Virus record (IMG/VR): IMGVR_UViG_3300045988_077504
Coordinates: 1 to 59,401 of that record
DNA: 59,401 nt
Source: a virus
Reading direction: 5' to 3' (one strand)
A program made the translations under genes and the position numbers. Of this stretch, positions 57,648 to 59,401 are shown one piece after another; the stretch's first letter is position 1; every line of letters begins with the position of its first letter. Under the pieces are notes generated by a model, which worked only from the letters and a program-made list of their open reading frames with translations, searched no databases and was not told the DNA's origin.

Positions 57648-59129
57648 TTAAAAGCCTTTGCCTTTCGTTCTTTCGTAAACTGCGGTTTGTTTTTTGTCGT
57701 GGTTTTCGATTTTGAATAAAACCATTGAGCGAGGAGGAATGTCGTCAGGTAGTAGTGAGACAAGTTTCTCGATAACTTCATCAACATTGTTGAAGCCAAC
57801 GTCTGTCAGTTCTGCTACCTTGCGCCCTTGGAAGAATGCCGTGCCGTGAACCTGATAACGATACGAGAGTTTGAAACGTTCCTCTTTCGGCTTTTGTTCT
57901 CGCTGTGATGGTTTGTCTGAGAAGAAAATAAAATCAATTACTTTCTCGTTGAGTTCCCATGCTGGAGAGAAGTCTATCTTGATATAGCCTCGTGTTACCT
58001 TGTGTCCGCTGCTATGGTTCATAGCAAATGCCACCTCGCCAATAGTAGCCTTGCAATCGTTTTGCGCCACTGTTCCCCATGTGTGTCTGAAAGTATAAAC
58101 AGAATAATCGTGCTGCTTGTCTATGCCCATAGCCTCACACAAATTTCTGATGCCTATATTCACATTGGCACTGAAGCTATCTGTTGTCGTATGGCGTTTA
58201 GCAAAGTTGAATAGATGCACGTCAGCCTCATCGGTATTCTTGTATTTGTCGAACAAAGGAAGTAGGATAGGAGGGACACGCATTTCCATATATGCGCCAT
58301 CGGCACGAAACTTCTTTGTCTTGGCACGTTGGTAATGGATGATGCCGTCATAGTAGTCTGTTTTCTTCATCTGAAACAAATCAACCGTGTTGATACCTGC
58401 AAGACAAAGCACCATCATTGCCACATCTCTGCCAATCTCTGTGGTAGGGTGCGCCATCTTACTTTCAGGAAGTGGAAAGAAAAAGAACTCCCTGCACGCT
58501 TCGGGAGTGATTGCCAGTTTCTCAGGGCGGTCAGCCTTTGGAATTTCCACCTTCACCCACGGATTTGTCTTTATCTTGATGATGCCATTATCGTAATCGT
58601 TGAACTCCACCTGTGCAGCTTTGAATATCTGCCTAATGCAAATAGGGTACATTTCTTTGGCACGCTTTGTTGTTTCGAGGCTCTTTATCCATCTGTTTAC
58701 AAACATCGAGGTTAGATGCGAGAACTTGACACAGTTTGTCCCTGCAAATCGTTCGAGGTGCTGTAAGGCAAGTTCATAGTTGCGAGCGTTGCGCTGCTGC
58801 CCTCGGTCAATCATTCGGTCTATGTGCTTTCTGGCATATTTCGAAAAATCTATATCATCATCGCCGCTCACAAGAAAGTCGGACACTTCTTTTGCGTTCC
58901 AGTTCCTAATATCCTTTTTGTTGAGACGCTCCATGTAGTCAATGATAATAGGAGAGAGCAGACCAACCACGTATGGGTCTTTAACTTCTTTGGTTTTCGT
59001 GATGCCCTTATCGTTCACCATCTTGTCAGTTTTGATATAGGCGAGTTCCCTATGATGTGTTACCCTGATATAAACAGGATAAAAACCATCGCTACGTTTA
59101 CTCCTTACGCATATTTTCAGTGTTGCCAT
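57648..59129 (-). CDS. int: Tyrosine recombinase / phage integrase (Bacteroidota type, atypical)
   Basis: 493 aa. N-terminal arm-binding-like MATLKICVRSKRSDGFYPVYIRV, a SAM-like core, and a catalytic region YTFRHTWGT...MNHSSGHKVTRGYIK (R348, H372, Y382). See findings for the N247/Y345 substitutions and the 111-aa tail. Confidence 0.9.
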   Translation of the reverse strand: MATLKICVRSKRSDGFYPVYIRVTHHRELAYIKTDKMVNDKGITKTKEVKDPYVVGLLSPIIIDYMERLNKKDIRNWNAKEVSDFLVSGDDDIDFSKYARKHIDRMIDRGQQRNARNYELALQHLERFAGTNCVKFSHLTSMFVNRWIKSLETTKRAKEMYPICIRQIFKAAQVEFNDYDNGIIKIKTNPWVKVEIPKADRPEKLAITPEACREFFFFPLPESKMAHPTTEIGRDVAMMVLCLAGINTVDLFQMKKTDYYDGIIHYQRAKTKKFRADGAYMEMRVPPILLPLFDKYKNTDEADVHLFNFAKRHTTTDSFSANVNIGIRNLCEAMGIDKQHDYSVYTFRHTWGTVAQNDCKATIGEVAFAMNHSSGHKVTRGYIKIDFSPAWELNEKVIDFIFFSDKPSQREQKPKEERFKLSYRYQVHGTAFFQGRKVAELTDVGFNNVDEVIEKLVSLLPDDIPPRSMVLFKIENHDKKQTAVYERTKGKGF

Positions 59130-59197
59130 AATTCATCCGTGTTCCAATTGTTTGTGATAAAAATACCTAAACTTGTTATAACTTGCAGAATTGCAGT

Positions 59198-59249
59198 TGT
59201 AAACACGCTGTAAACAGTGTATTCCAAAATAGTAAACTTACTGTAAACA
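59198..59249. repeat. Cluster of direct (T)GTAAAC(A) repeats upstream of the integrase
   Basis: TGTAAACA at 59198, 59209 and 59242, and GTAAAC at 59232. A further CGTAAACAC lies inside the terminal repeat (41..49, equivalent to 59323..59331). Confidence 0.6.
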
Positions 59250-59282
59250 TTTACGTTTATTCTGCTCAAATAGTGTGTATAG

Positions 59283-59401
59283 ATGCACGCTGTTTTATGA
59301 AAAGAATTAGGCGGAATACCTCCGTAAACACGTGATACTCCGCCTAAATAGCTAGTATTTAGGAGTTTTCTAACTTTCTTCCACTGCAGCCTGTGCCGCA
59401 G
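59283..59401. repeat. Right copy of the exact 119-bp terminal direct repeat
   Basis: Identical to 1..119 by direct reading. Confidence 0.97.

Overview
The window looks like one complete temperate dsDNA phage genome of about 59.3 kb. The first 119 bp (1..119) are repeated exactly at 59283..59401, so the unique length is 59,282 bp and the window closes on itself. TAnnTTTG-type -7 promoter boxes, the absence of Shine-Dalgarno signals and the integrase type suggest a Bacteroidota (Bacteroides/Prevotella-like) host; this is inference. There are five transcription blocks, separated by divergent promoter gaps and convergent hairpin terminators. (1) Lysogeny block on the minus strand: tyrosine integrase 57648..59129, then across the junction a CI-like repressor (2236..2637) followed by five small membrane, secreted or lipoprotein cargo genes (348..2201). 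(2) Early block on the plus strand, 2759..16818: Xis-like HTH, RecT, PD-(D/E)XK exonuclease, SNF2 helicase, HU, VRR-NUC, DnaC-like ATPase, several small unknown genes and a 934-aa repeat protein. (3) Late block on the minus strand, 16904..32345: scaffold-like protein, capsid-like protein, a 2671-aa multidomain tail fibre, a lysis cassette and three tandem paralogs. (4) A small plus-strand packaging island, 32467..35811: a 144-aa ORF, a rhomboid-family intramembrane protease and the large terminase. (5) A second late minus-strand block, 35938..56821: portal-like protein, a single 5701-aa (17.1 kb, about 29% of the genome) polyvalent protein and two internal-virion-like proteins. The most unusual features are listed here. 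The giant polyvalent protein carries ParB-like, pyrophosphatase-like, N6-methyltransferase, SNF2 helicase and HExxH zincin modules plus hydrophobic termini. A phage rhomboid protease sits next to terminase in a genome with no recognisable prohead protease. The tail fibre ends in an FGE/C-type-lectin module whose last 37 codons form a GC-rich patch paralogous to a patch in an early gene; this looks like a DGR variable region, but no reverse transcriptase is present. The integrase has non-canonical residues and a 111-aa C-terminal extension, and is flanked by dense repeat arrays. I found no tRNA, rRNA, CRISPR array, DNA polymerase, primase, tail tube, sheath or tape-measure gene. All functional calls come from motifs read by eye, with no database search, so remote-homology calls are provisional.
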